Positions 14,745-23,972 of a stretch of DNA of 24,037 nucleotides are shown here, in pieces. Within the stretch, counting starts at the first letter, position 1. Each line of letters opens with the position of its first letter. A program made the position numbers and the translations under genes. This DNA is from a virus (Duplodnaviria > Caudoviricetes). The DNA lies in the IMG/VR virus record IMGVR_UViG_3300027968_000018, positions 1 through 24,037 of that record, one strand, 5' to 3'. The notes below the pieces were generated by a model, which saw nothing but the letters and a program-made list of their open reading frames with translations, was not told where the DNA came from and made no database searches.

Positions 14745-16820
14745 TCATTTCGATTGCAGCTGTATACTATACAATTTTGGTGTTAAATTTGGCGCATCAG
14801 CACTTCGCTTAAAAGTGGCTTTTACTAATATCTGATTATTGTTGATTTCAACATTTGGCAACTCATAAGATAATTGAAAAATACAATTGTCTGGCAGATA
14901 GTTTAATACAATTTGCTGATCATAAATGGCAAAGTAATTCCGATCGTTTGGCGATACATTGTAGTAAAGAGAATGTTTATCGACACATTCTAATGGTTCT
15001 AAATCTGCGCGGACTTTCGTTTGCTCCATGAAATTAAATTTTCCTAATCTTGTTTCAATTGGCAGTTGATCTTGAGTGTAATCTTTTCGAAGCGTCATAT
15101 CTCCCCAATGGTAAAGAATTTGAATTTGATTCCATCCATTTTTAAATTTCAATGATACTTCTTCATTGGAGGAAATCATTCGTTCTCCATTTAAATAAAC
15201 GGTATAGGTTCCTAATCGTGTGTTAATTCCATTGATATTTTGAACCATTGCAAGACTTAGAGGAGCAGTTTTTGCTTCATCATAATAAATACAAGTTGTA
15301 AAACGATAAAAGTTATCTTGAAGTCCACTGTTTAAGCGTCTTAGTGATAAGATATTACTAATCGGTAAATAGTCCGTTCTAATTTGTGAAGGCCGGCTCT
15401 GTAACATCTCGCTCCACATATGATTAAGTGGCACATCTCCTGTAAATGGAATATAAGTCCTTTCTCTTTTCCATTGATTAATTCCTCTTAATAATTGAGG
15501 ATTTTGTATATCATTCACATTATCTGGTATAGTTGGAGTTTTATCTGATTGTAATAAGCGGAAAACCTTCATGCCATTGATTACTTCTTGTGTGGCCTCA
15601 GCTGATGTAAACTCAATATTTTTTGAACTTCTAATATTAAATTCTACTAATTTTGGTGCTCGCGGCGAAGAATCATCCGCAGAACTGATTGGATACCAAA
15701 TGACACTCTCTGGATCTTGTTCAGATTCTAAAAGAGCCACTTCATAATCAATGCTCGTATTTGATGGTATTTCATGTTTAGCCAGCAATGTAACCATATT
15801 AATATTAGTTGATTGGAAGACAAAGGGATTGGTATACAACACCCCATCTGATAAATAATTCTTTTTATAAGCGGATATATTTTTTGCTCCGAAGTAGTAG
15901 TTGTAGACCCCTGCTGAATTGTCATCGTAATCCTTCTTTTCAAATGTAAATTTTATTCCTTTCACTTTGAGTAATGGAAAACTCCAAGATTCCTTGTCTA
16001 CCACATTTCTCTTATTATTCAAGCCTGGTAGTGGTGTATAAGTATAACCATCTGTTGTGTATTCCAATTGAATTAAAACGGGATTGCCATGATGAGCTAC
16101 ATATTCAATCGTATTGATCTCTTCCTCTTGTGTAAAAAGGATCGCAAGCTCTGCTCTAACAGTTCCTGGGCCTTTTGTTTTAATTACATGCCACCATGCT
16201 GTATTTAGGCTATCATCAAAGGCATTATTAATCGTTTCAATGGCTGCTTCTTTTACATTCGGAGTTAAGGCTTGAAATTTGGTGTTGGATCCTACTAATA
16301 AAACTTTATTGCTTAGCCTGTTGTTTTCTTTTAATGTAATTTCCTGCAGATCAATGTTGGCATATACCGTACTTTTCGTATTATCAATCATGCTCATATC
16401 TGTAAAGTTTTCAATAATGGATTCAGACATAGATGATGGATCTTTGGAAAAAAGAATTAACTCATCAATTTTTTTGGAAATGGTCTGCAGTTCTTGACGC
16501 AATTTTTTTCGTTCTGTTTCAGCAAAGTTAAAGTCATTCATGACCTTTAATGTTTGATTAATGGTTGCATCATAAGCATCACTTATATCCGTATAAATCA
16601 TTCGAATGTTGTCGTTGTAACGTGTTGCATTAGATTTTTCTTTGCGTAAGAATTTCAATGGTGAGAAAGACGGAGAACCTGGTTTGTTCTCCCGCAGCCA
16701 TTGACTAAAATGATACGTAATGGTTTGCATGGTTGGATAGCGTCCATGAAACAGATAATATTTCACGATATTTTCGATTGCTCTTGCAATCTGATTTTGT
16801 CTTATTCCCATATCATTCAC
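14745..16820 (-). CDS. Putative virion structural protein (paralogue 3); start may be ATG 16811
   Basis: SNATRYNDN...DISDAY, INNAFDDSLNTAW, FGAKNISAY, IDYEV...WYPI, C-terminal ILVKATFKR...TPKLYSIQL. Confidence 0.75.
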   Translation of the reverse strand: MNDMGIRQNQIARAIENIVKYYLFHGRYPTMQTITYHFSQWLRENKPGSPSFSPLKFLRKEKSNATRYNDNIRMIYTDISDAYDATINQTLKVMNDFNFAETERKKLRQELQTISKKIDELILFSKDPSSMSESIIENFTDMSMIDNTKSTVYANIDLQEITLKENNRLSNKVLLVGSNTKFQALTPNVKEAAIETINNAFDDSLNTAWWHVIKTKGPGTVRAELAILFTQEEEINTIEYVAHHGNPVLIQLEYTTDGYTYTPLPGLNNKRNVVDKESWSFPLLKVKGIKFTFEKKDYDDNSAGVYNYYFGAKNISAYKKNYLSDGVLYTNPFVFQSTNINMVTLLAKHEIPSNTSIDYEVALLESEQDPESVIWYPISSADDSSPRAPKLVEFNIRSSKNIEFTSAEATQEVINGMKVFRLLQSDKTPTIPDNVNDIQNPQLLRGINQWKRERTYIPFTGDVPLNHMWSEMLQSRPSQIRTDYLPISNILSLRRLNSGLQDNFYRFTTCIYYDEAKTAPLSLAMVQNINGINTRLGTYTVYLNGERMISSNEEVSLKFKNGWNQIQILYHWGDMTLRKDYTQDQLPIETRLGKFNFMEQTKVRADLEPLECVDKHSLYYNVSPNDRNYFAIYDQQIVLNYLPDNCIFQLSYELPNVEINNNQILVKATFKRSADAPNLTPKLYSIQLQSK

Positions 16821-16827
16821 CTCTCAT

Positions 16828-18822
16828 TCAATTTTTTGATACTGGAGAGAAATAAGGCATATCAGTAGTATTCACATCATTTTCAATGTCATGAGTTCTT
16901 TGACTTGAAGGTGCACCTGCATCATTATCTGTTTTCAAATAAGCTTTTATAGTGTAGCTTTTTAAAATGGGAGATGCATACTTGTGTACATCATCGTCTG
17001 GACGGTTGAATGTTGCACGAAGTCTTACACTGTAAACTGGATAAGTAGATTCTATATATCCTATTTGCTGAGTCATTTGTTGGTTTTCTGAAGAAACCTG
17101 TTGAATAGTATAAACCTTTGGTGGTATATCCTTTACATTGGAAACTGATTGCCGCTCCAATGGTGTAATAGGGTACCAAGTTGCTCCATCATCAATGCTA
17201 ATGTAATAGGACAGATATTGATATTTTTCAGTCAAATTACTATAAAAATCTTCTGGAATCATTTCATCAACTGATAAAGATATTTTATCGAGCGGCTTAT
17301 CGAAATAATATGGCATTGTAATCATTTCAGCCGATTCTAAATACTCACAAGACCAAATTTCAATATCCCGGATGCCAATGCAATAACGCCATCCTTCAAA
17401 GCGCTCAATTCCAATATCAATGTTCTCACTATTAAGATTTTCTGTCAGATTATTTAACACATCCTCCAATGCATTTGGCATGGATTCTGCATCTTGCAAA
17501 GGATAGTAAGCTTCAACAGATGAATTGGCTAACTTTACTTCAACTCCTATATCTTGCAGACCCATTAGTGGTCCATCTACTCTAGGCAAGTTACTTCCAG
17601 TATGATTTTTACTGATAGCATCAAATACATAAGCAGATGTGTTTGTGATTTCTTTTTTTTGCTCATAGTAGATATGTCCGATGTCACAAAAATATTTATA
17701 CGGCTGTTCAAATTCAAACGAGATAATTTTTGCCAATCGTGGAGAGAATGTAAAGCTGTAATCATCATCTTTTTTATCTTTTGGCATGATGGACTGTAAT
17801 TCGCTTTTTCCATCTGAAATCATGATATTTTTAATAATAGCCGGCCTGGCTCCAACATTTGGCGGCGTATACATATTGAGATTGATTTTATTAATCTGTT
17901 TTGGTTCCGGTAATAGAACCTGCATATGCAATTTTAATTTATTATCAGTTGGTTCACTAGCCCAAGTAATGGTTTGACTCCCATATACCTGAAAGTCTAA
18001 TCCTAAATTCTTCGCAACAGCTGATTTATCTAGATCTCGAATATTAACCATCTCATATTCAAACCATGTATTGGCATTACCATCTAAGACAGCCCCATAG
18101 GAACTATGATTATTTTTGGCCCCAATAAATTGATATAAATAGTCACTACCCGTCATTGTCCCATCTGGTGTAACGGTAATTTCATGATTGTTTCCAGGAA
18201 ATCCATTTGATTCTGACCCAATAATAAAATCTTGATAGGTTTTATTTCCGACAATAATCGTGACTTGTGCATCAGTTGCTGTATTCTGCGCATTTTTATT
18301 AGGCAGAGAAACCATTCCATGATCTATATGAACCGGTTTATCTACAATGCGTTGAAAGTCTATCTGATTCTGATTCAAAAAATCATTACGGCAGAAAACT
18401 ATTTTTCCATTGTCTGTGAGATTCGTGGCTACTAATTCCAAGTTCTTCAGTTTATCCAAGATTTGATTATACTCATTGGTAATCATATTATATTGCACCA
18501 TATTGTAATTAAAATCCGTATACAATGCCTCACTTAGCACATTAATTTCTTGAAAAAGCAATTCTAAATCATGCTTAATTTCCAACATCATATTGTTATA
18601 ATCCTCAGACCACGGCGGACCATCTTGAATCGCATATCGAGGAATCATCATGGGACGTCCCATGGACACAAAGAAGTCTTGGAAGGCTTGAAAAACAGAC
18701 TGAATTAAACTAGTTTCTGTCTTAATCGATCCATCTTCAAACTTTTTTTTGGCTACTTCAAATTTCTGCTTGGCTTGCAGATATAATAGCTGCGAGTTAT
18801 TTTTTAATAAATCTTGCGGCAT
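16828..18822 (-). CDS. Putative virion structural protein (paralogue 2)
   Basis: AGGAGG RBS; GPPWSEDYNN...DLELLF, AVLDGNANTWF, IGIRDIEIW, YYISIDDGATWYPI, VRLRATFNR...SPILKSY. Confidence 0.75.
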   Translation of the reverse strand: MPQDLLKNNSQLLYLQAKQKFEVAKKKFEDGSIKTETSLIQSVFQAFQDFFVSMGRPMMIPRYAIQDGPPWSEDYNNMMLEIKHDLELLFQEINVLSEALYTDFNYNMVQYNMITNEYNQILDKLKNLELVATNLTDNGKIVFCRNDFLNQNQIDFQRIVDKPVHIDHGMVSLPNKNAQNTATDAQVTIIVGNKTYQDFIIGSESNGFPGNNHEITVTPDGTMTGSDYLYQFIGAKNNHSSYGAVLDGNANTWFEYEMVNIRDLDKSAVAKNLGLDFQVYGSQTITWASEPTDNKLKLHMQVLLPEPKQINKINLNMYTPPNVGARPAIIKNIMISDGKSELQSIMPKDKKDDDYSFTFSPRLAKIISFEFEQPYKYFCDIGHIYYEQKKEITNTSAYVFDAISKNHTGSNLPRVDGPLMGLQDIGVEVKLANSSVEAYYPLQDAESMPNALEDVLNNLTENLNSENIDIGIERFEGWRYCIGIRDIEIWSCEYLESAEMITMPYYFDKPLDKISLSVDEMIPEDFYSNLTEKYQYLSYYISIDDGATWYPITPLERQSVSNVKDIPPKVYTIQQVSSENQQMTQQIGYIESTYPVYSVRLRATFNRPDDDVHKYASPILKSYTIKAYLKTDNDAGAPSSQRTHDIENDVNTTDMPYFSPVSKN

Positions 18823-18832
18823 TGTGCCCCTC

Positions 18833-21304
18833 CTAATTATTAATTCCGTTTAAATCATAAGTTTGACATTTTAACGACCAACTATATAGAGATGGTGTAA
18901 CACTTTCATATCCCGCGTTATTGCGTCTTAAAATGGCTTTTAGTCGAACCTCAGTAGAAACATAATAATAATCAACTGTAATATTTTTTAATTCCTCTCC
19001 AGAAGCAGAAGTAGGAAAATAAATCTTATTGCCGATTTGCGCAAAACATTGACCATTGTTTTCAGTTTGCAGTCGGTCCGGGTCATAAGTTCCATAGGAA
19101 TAGTCCGTAATATTTTTATATTCTTTTCCATTTACTCGAACAGTAACAGGATAGTAAAGTTGATTCGATTCTAATTGAGTATTATCTTGCATGTATTGAT
19201 TTACATTGCTATCATACTGGAAAACATGTGATCGAAATACATATGGTGTATGCTGCAAGGTGACAGTTTTATTATCATCTGGCTGATCAAATTGCTCCCC
19301 TGTTCCCCCATGGCTATTAATGTACTGCATAGGCTGAATCGTTGTGTCATCAATTTCAACGAAATATGCTGAATCCACTGGTTTATAATCTACTGTGTAT
19401 ATACTTGTAGAAGCATAATATGTTGGAAGTATTCCAATCATAGTTCCATCATTTGATATTCTATATTGCTCTCTTGGAACAGGTATGCCATCTCTTCTTA
19501 ATACAACTGTATCAGAAGATACGATAGGAAATCGAAAACTAAACTGAATGGTATTATCTAATTCTGGATGATTATTGTTTGTTATACTTCCAAATAATAA
19601 TTCACCCTGAACAAATTCCTTATTACCAGGCAATATAGGTTTCCATGCTTCTGTATCAGGATTTTTTTTATACGTAATATAATACTCAATATCTGTGATT
19701 CTAGCCTGATCTCCATTTTCAATTTCAATATCATGATGCTTTTCTTCCGTCATCAAACTAATGCGTTTTAAGTTCCCGGAAATAGGTAGCGGCTTTGTTA
19801 CATAGATAGAGCGTGATAAGTATTTTCTACCAGTAAGACTAATATTATAAAAACCATATAAATAAGATAGCTTGGAAACAGCTTGCCATTCTTGTGACAA
19901 CTCCCCAGTATTTACTGCTTTGGTTTTACCTGTATCTGTTATGGCGCGTAAGGCAAGTTGCATTGGATTTTGATAATTACCAGTTCGAATTACATTCATG
20001 GCTGCTTTAGCCGCATCCACTACTCCTTGCGAGGCTGGTCCGATTTGACTTGCCCAATCTTTAAGTGCTGATAAATAGCGTGTCCATCCAGTAATTTCAT
20101 TTTTCTTATCAAATTCAGCTACAGTTTCACCTGGTGATATTTTATCGTCAATTGCTTCATTCGATAAATTCATTAAATCTGTCGAGCTAGATAATTTACT
20201 CCACAACTCCATATTATTTAATTGATCTACACTCACGATATAATTTTCTTTTACATAGTTTTCTTGCCTTATTAAGATGCGAATTTTGGCTACATCAACA
20301 GATGGAAATTGATAACTGATAGAACCTACACTTTTTTTGCTTCGCTGATGAGGATTTACGTGATTAGGAGAAACCAACTCATACACCTTTCCAATATGGT
20401 CTGTAGATTCATATCCATGAATTGCTACAATTTCAATTGGATAGGCGACATAAGGGTCAAATATAATTTCTGAAACAGTAGTAATGCCATTTAATGTGAT
20501 TTCAAATTCACACATTGCGCCATCTTTTGGGTAATCCACATAATCATGTTCCCATAAGTCATCAATATCTTGTGTGATCGGCTCATCAGCTAAAATGACT
20601 TCAGCCCAGTACGTAGATTGTGAACCATCAATAGCATTATCAATTGGATTATTTGAATTTTGAGCTACCACGCCAGTGCGATTTAACACTTTAATCGTAG
20701 CGAGCTTTCTTCCATACGGATTTTTTAATTGATCTACAGATTCATAAGATCCTAATTGGAGAGAATCTGCTGCAATTTCTGCCTGATCAGAAGCCGCTAA
20801 AGATTGACCATATCGGTCTTTGCGCAAGATATTTAATTGTGTTTCATCTGTTTCTGTATACTGCGGTGATTTATATTGTTCATGCACACCATCTGCATAA
20901 CCATCTGTATTTTTCATTAAGAGTTTTAACCGCTCTACTTTTGAATCGATAGCATAAATGTTTTTTCGTAACTCTGCCAGCAAAGATCGAGATAGCTGTT
21001 GATTATCCATCATGATTTGTTCCACTTGATTAGAGGCCGAAAACACGGTAGACAAATCAAAAGCAATTTCTTCTAGGTTGGCATTATAATTTGCAGAATT
21101 GGTTTTTTCTGATTGAAGTCTTGCTTGGAAGGTTGGTGTGCCGTCATTTTTTTGCAAATAGTTCATTAGCCGATCAATCTCAGCTTTTAACTCTATATCT
21201 GATTTAATATAACCTTGTGCCTTTTTTACTTCCAGTAACTCAAGCATTTTTTGCCGCTGTGTATCCGAAAGGGTTAACAAAAACTTATCTAAATATTGCC
21301 CCAT
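18833..21304 (-). CDS. Putative virion structural protein (paralogue 1)
   Basis: TNSANYNAN...DLSTVF, IDNAIDGSQSTYW, YGFYNISL, IEYYIT...WKPI, VRLKAILRR...TPSLYSWSL. Confidence 0.75.
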   Translation of the reverse strand: MGQYLDKFLLTLSDTQRQKMLELLEVKKAQGYIKSDIELKAEIDRLMNYLQKNDGTPTFQARLQSEKTNSANYNANLEEIAFDLSTVFSASNQVEQIMMDNQQLSRSLLAELRKNIYAIDSKVERLKLLMKNTDGYADGVHEQYKSPQYTETDETQLNILRKDRYGQSLAASDQAEIAADSLQLGSYESVDQLKNPYGRKLATIKVLNRTGVVAQNSNNPIDNAIDGSQSTYWAEVILADEPITQDIDDLWEHDYVDYPKDGAMCEFEITLNGITTVSEIIFDPYVAYPIEIVAIHGYESTDHIGKVYELVSPNHVNPHQRSKKSVGSISYQFPSVDVAKIRILIRQENYVKENYIVSVDQLNNMELWSKLSSSTDLMNLSNEAIDDKISPGETVAEFDKKNEITGWTRYLSALKDWASQIGPASQGVVDAAKAAMNVIRTGNYQNPMQLALRAITDTGKTKAVNTGELSQEWQAVSKLSYLYGFYNISLTGRKYLSRSIYVTKPLPISGNLKRISLMTEEKHHDIEIENGDQARITDIEYYITYKKNPDTEAWKPILPGNKEFVQGELLFGSITNNNHPELDNTIQFSFRFPIVSSDTVVLRRDGIPVPREQYRISNDGTMIGILPTYYASTSIYTVDYKPVDSAYFVEIDDTTIQPMQYINSHGGTGEQFDQPDDNKTVTLQHTPYVFRSHVFQYDSNVNQYMQDNTQLESNQLYYPVTVRVNGKEYKNITDYSYGTYDPDRLQTENNGQCFAQIGNKIYFPTSASGEELKNITVDYYYVSTEVRLKAILRRNNAGYESVTPSLYSWSLKCQTYDLNGINN

Positions 21305-21335
21305 ATTGTTCCACCTATCCTCTATTCTTATATGT

Positions 21336-21360
21336 AAACAGACAGCAAATAAGCTGCCTT
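21336..21360 (-). terminator. Weak terminator-like hairpin
   Basis: GGCAGC-TTATTT-GCTGTC-TGTTT right after the stop at 21361. Confidence 0.45.
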
Positions 21361-22404
21361 TTATTTTGGTATAATCCCATATTCACCATCAGCTGGCACC
21401 CAGTCTTTTTTGGTTTCATCCCATTTCTCTAAAACAAAGTGATCTAAATACGGATGATCATTGTAACTGAAGATAGCATGTACCATTCCATCTTGTACTT
21501 GAATGGAAAGTCCTTTTGGTGTAATAGCTTCTTTAATAATTTGCTTTTGGTTGTCCATGATACTGTGATCAATGGTCCAATTTTGCCCTTTCATGGCTTC
21601 TATGTCAGATATAAGATGATTCATTTCATTTTCAAACTTCAGGAGCATTTCCATTAAAGGACTTGCTTTTGAAACCATCATCTGCATCATATAATATAAA
21701 AAATCATCCGGGATATCTTTAAATTTTAGCCGGACAGGGAAATACAATCGAACTGGTTGATTTGGCGCTTCATCCAATGTAATAAGACCAGTAGCATCAA
21801 TTTTACCTGCAATAAGAGCATTATTAGAACCAATTATGCCTTTTTCTCCTGAGCCATTTAAAACTGTTACATCTCCATTTACAAATTCTACACCGTTATC
21901 TGATGGAGCTGAAATGGTATTAGTGGTCATGACAGTTGAGACTTCAAGCTTATAAGGAACAATAAAATCTCTTTCACCAATCTCTGCCATCTGTTGAATA
22001 CGGCGTAGACGGTAATCCAACTTTAATCCATCTTCAATTTCAAGATCTACACTTGCGACTGCATTATGCACTTCTTCATTGACAACGGGATCACCGCCAC
22101 CAACACCTGTCGCATTTGAAGCAATATCAATCATTTGCTGTTTTAAGCTTTCCAAAAGTTTTTGAAGACGTAATCCTTTTTGAGCAACAACTCCAAATGT
22201 AGCAGTATTGATTTCAGCTAGTGCATCCTCTGCTTTTACAATAGCACTAAGGGCATTAACACGATTTTTTTCAACTTGATCAATAGAAGATAATACTTGT
22301 GATTTATTTGCATCCCAAGCATTCATATCATCTTTTAGTGCATTTAATTGACTTTCTAATGAATTTACAAAGGTCAATATATCTTTTGTATTGGAAATGG
22401 GCAT
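21361..22404 (-). CDS. Hypothetical protein with long N-terminal coiled coil (probably structural)
   Basis: AAAGGAGG RBS; about 95 aa of coiled coil, a GVGGG hinge, then beta-rich and helical regions. Confidence 0.75.
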   Translation of the reverse strand: MPISNTKDILTFVNSLESQLNALKDDMNAWDANKSQVLSSIDQVEKNRVNALSAIVKAEDALAEINTATFGVVAQKGLRLQKLLESLKQQMIDIASNATGVGGGDPVVNEEVHNAVASVDLEIEDGLKLDYRLRRIQQMAEIGERDFIVPYKLEVSTVMTTNTISAPSDNGVEFVNGDVTVLNGSGEKGIIGSNNALIAGKIDATGLITLDEAPNQPVRLYFPVRLKFKDIPDDFLYYMMQMMVSKASPLMEMLLKFENEMNHLISDIEAMKGQNWTIDHSIMDNQKQIIKEAITPKGLSIQVQDGMVHAIFSYNDHPYLDHFVLEKWDETKKDWVPADGEYGIIPK

Positions 22405-22420
22405 ACCTCTTCCTCCTTTT

Positions 22421-22453
22421 AAAAACCAGGCAGCAAAAAAAAACTGCCTGGTT
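22421..22453 (-). terminator. Intrinsic terminator-like hairpin
   Basis: AACCAGGCAG-T9G-CTGCCTGGTT-TTT, followed by the next RBS. Confidence 0.6.
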
Positions 22454-22463
22454 CTATTTTATC

Positions 22464-22479
22464 ATGTAACGCGTTACAT
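22464..22479. promoter_or_regulatory. Palindromic operator-like site GTAAC-N2-GTTAC (copy 3, perfect 16-bp palindrome)
   Basis: ATGTAACGCGTTACAT in the intergenic gap; its edge runs into a TG-A-TAAAAT extended -10-like sequence on the minus strand. Confidence 0.65.
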
Positions 22480-22484
22480 TTACA

Positions 22485-23951
22485 CTAAACCTCAATAATT
22501 TCTAAATTTTCATTTGAACTAAAGACTGGCACCATTTCAACATAATCTATGAACAGATTTCCTGTTGCTGAAGATCCATCTTCATTTAATACGATGTCTA
22601 TTTTTACTAAATTGGATTTAGGTGTAATTTCTTTTTGGTAAACAATCCAGCTGGTACTTGTGACTGTTCCCATTGATATAGTTTCGGTGATGCCAGATTC
22701 ATAAAGAATGTGAATGGCAGCCACTTTTCTTTGAGATGAATTAGCATCCAATCTGGCTTTAATGGAAATTAAATAAGATGCAAAATTTATTTGTGTGGAC
22801 GGTATCGTAATGGAGTACTTGGCATTTTTCATGATTTTTAAGATTCCATCTGCATCATGATCCGAATTATCAACATCAATAACATAGTTTCCATTACTTA
22901 GAGCAGGATTGTATTGGCCAATATGTTTACTGTTTTTAAAATCAAAATTTTGTATGATGTTATAATCAACTGGTTCCGGGTCATAATATTCAACTATTGG
23001 CAAGGTTCCATATGCTTTATATTTAGCAATGGCATTTTGCACATCTGTTTCAGTAAAATCATTGAGGATACTTCTTGGCAGCCGAATAATAAAGACTCCA
23101 TTTTCTTGATAGGCCATTCCATCATGGTATCCGATATCCCAATGATACATAGATTCTTGATTCACTCTTTGAATTAAATCATTTGGTAATGCTTCATCTA
23201 GTCCTCCGCCGCGTGTTCGTGTATCCAAAATAACCATATCCTTATCAATAGAAGAATTCGCTTGAACTTGGAATTTTCCAATTCTCAGCATAGTTGGATC
23301 ATAATAATAGTCATCCGGTTCAAACCAATGCTCTTCATCTGTATGATAGATTGCTTGGATATTCGTGGTGCCTTCAATTAGCTCAAGTGAATTATTTGTA
23401 TTATGATAGATGCTTGTTGGCCGCAAATAAACATGTATCTGCTTGGCCAGTAATTCATTTGTTGGCTTATCTTTTTCTTCGAAACTTTTTACCGTATCTA
23501 CATCACCTGGTATCCACTGATGAAAATGATCTTCAGCTACTGTATAACGATGTCCAGGGCTTGGATTAAAATCCAAATGAAAAAAGTTTTCCGCTGAGTA
23601 ATTATAATCATATTGCACAGGCACCATTATGTTCGCATAAATATCTATCACATCATCCCATCTGATTGCTCGATCATTAATAGATAGCCCATCCGAACGA
23701 AATTTTTTATCAATACTTATTACTTTGTAGTTACTATTGGTGAAATTAATATCAAGATTAAAAGAAGATGTTACACCTGGCTGATCTTTATACTGATTGT
23801 AGAAGTTGATAATATCATCACCAAAATAAGTACTGATAGGAATAGAACCTATCAGCACTGAAACCGTTTGTGGTTTTAATTGAGTTGCGATGGATTTTTG
23901 AAACTTTTGATTGGAAACAGATTTAGATATTGATTTTGTAATTATAGGCAT
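22485..23951 (-). CDS. Putative virion protein with C-terminal carbohydrate-binding-module-like (CBM4/9-type) domain
   Basis: Start set at ATG 23951 (MPIITK) after AAGAGGAG; conserved-looking LDTRTRGGGL and WDIGYHDG core; C-terminal NIIQNFDF...TSWIVYQKEI...GNLFIDYVEM jelly-roll pattern. Confidence 0.7.
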   Translation of the reverse strand: MPIITKSISKSVSNQKFQKSIATQLKPQTVSVLIGSIPISTYFGDDIINFYNQYKDQPGVTSSFNLDINFTNSNYKVISIDKKFRSDGLSINDRAIRWDDVIDIYANIMVPVQYDYNYSAENFFHLDFNPSPGHRYTVAEDHFHQWIPGDVDTVKSFEEKDKPTNELLAKQIHVYLRPTSIYHNTNNSLELIEGTTNIQAIYHTDEEHWFEPDDYYYDPTMLRIGKFQVQANSSIDKDMVILDTRTRGGGLDEALPNDLIQRVNQESMYHWDIGYHDGMAYQENGVFIIRLPRSILNDFTETDVQNAIAKYKAYGTLPIVEYYDPEPVDYNIIQNFDFKNSKHIGQYNPALSNGNYVIDVDNSDHDADGILKIMKNAKYSITIPSTQINFASYLISIKARLDANSSQRKVAAIHILYESGITETISMGTVTSTSWIVYQKEITPKSNLVKIDIVLNEDGSSATGNLFIDYVEMVPVFSSNENLEIIEV

Positions 23952-23972
23952 AAAACTCCTCTTTTCCAAAAG

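Noticed and set aside
22464-22479. Palindrome as a CcpA cre, LexA box or parS site
   Set aside because: The central two bases vary (GT, AC, GC) instead of the fixed CG of cre, and half-site and spacing differ from GAAC-N4-GTTC and TGTTNCACGTGAAACA.
934-23569. All other plus-strand ORFs and short nested minus-strand ORFs in the track (e.g. 934..1209, 3409..3663, 13911..14114, 17577..17813)
   Set aside because: They overlap well-supported minus-strand genes, lack RBSs and have off-frame-like composition.
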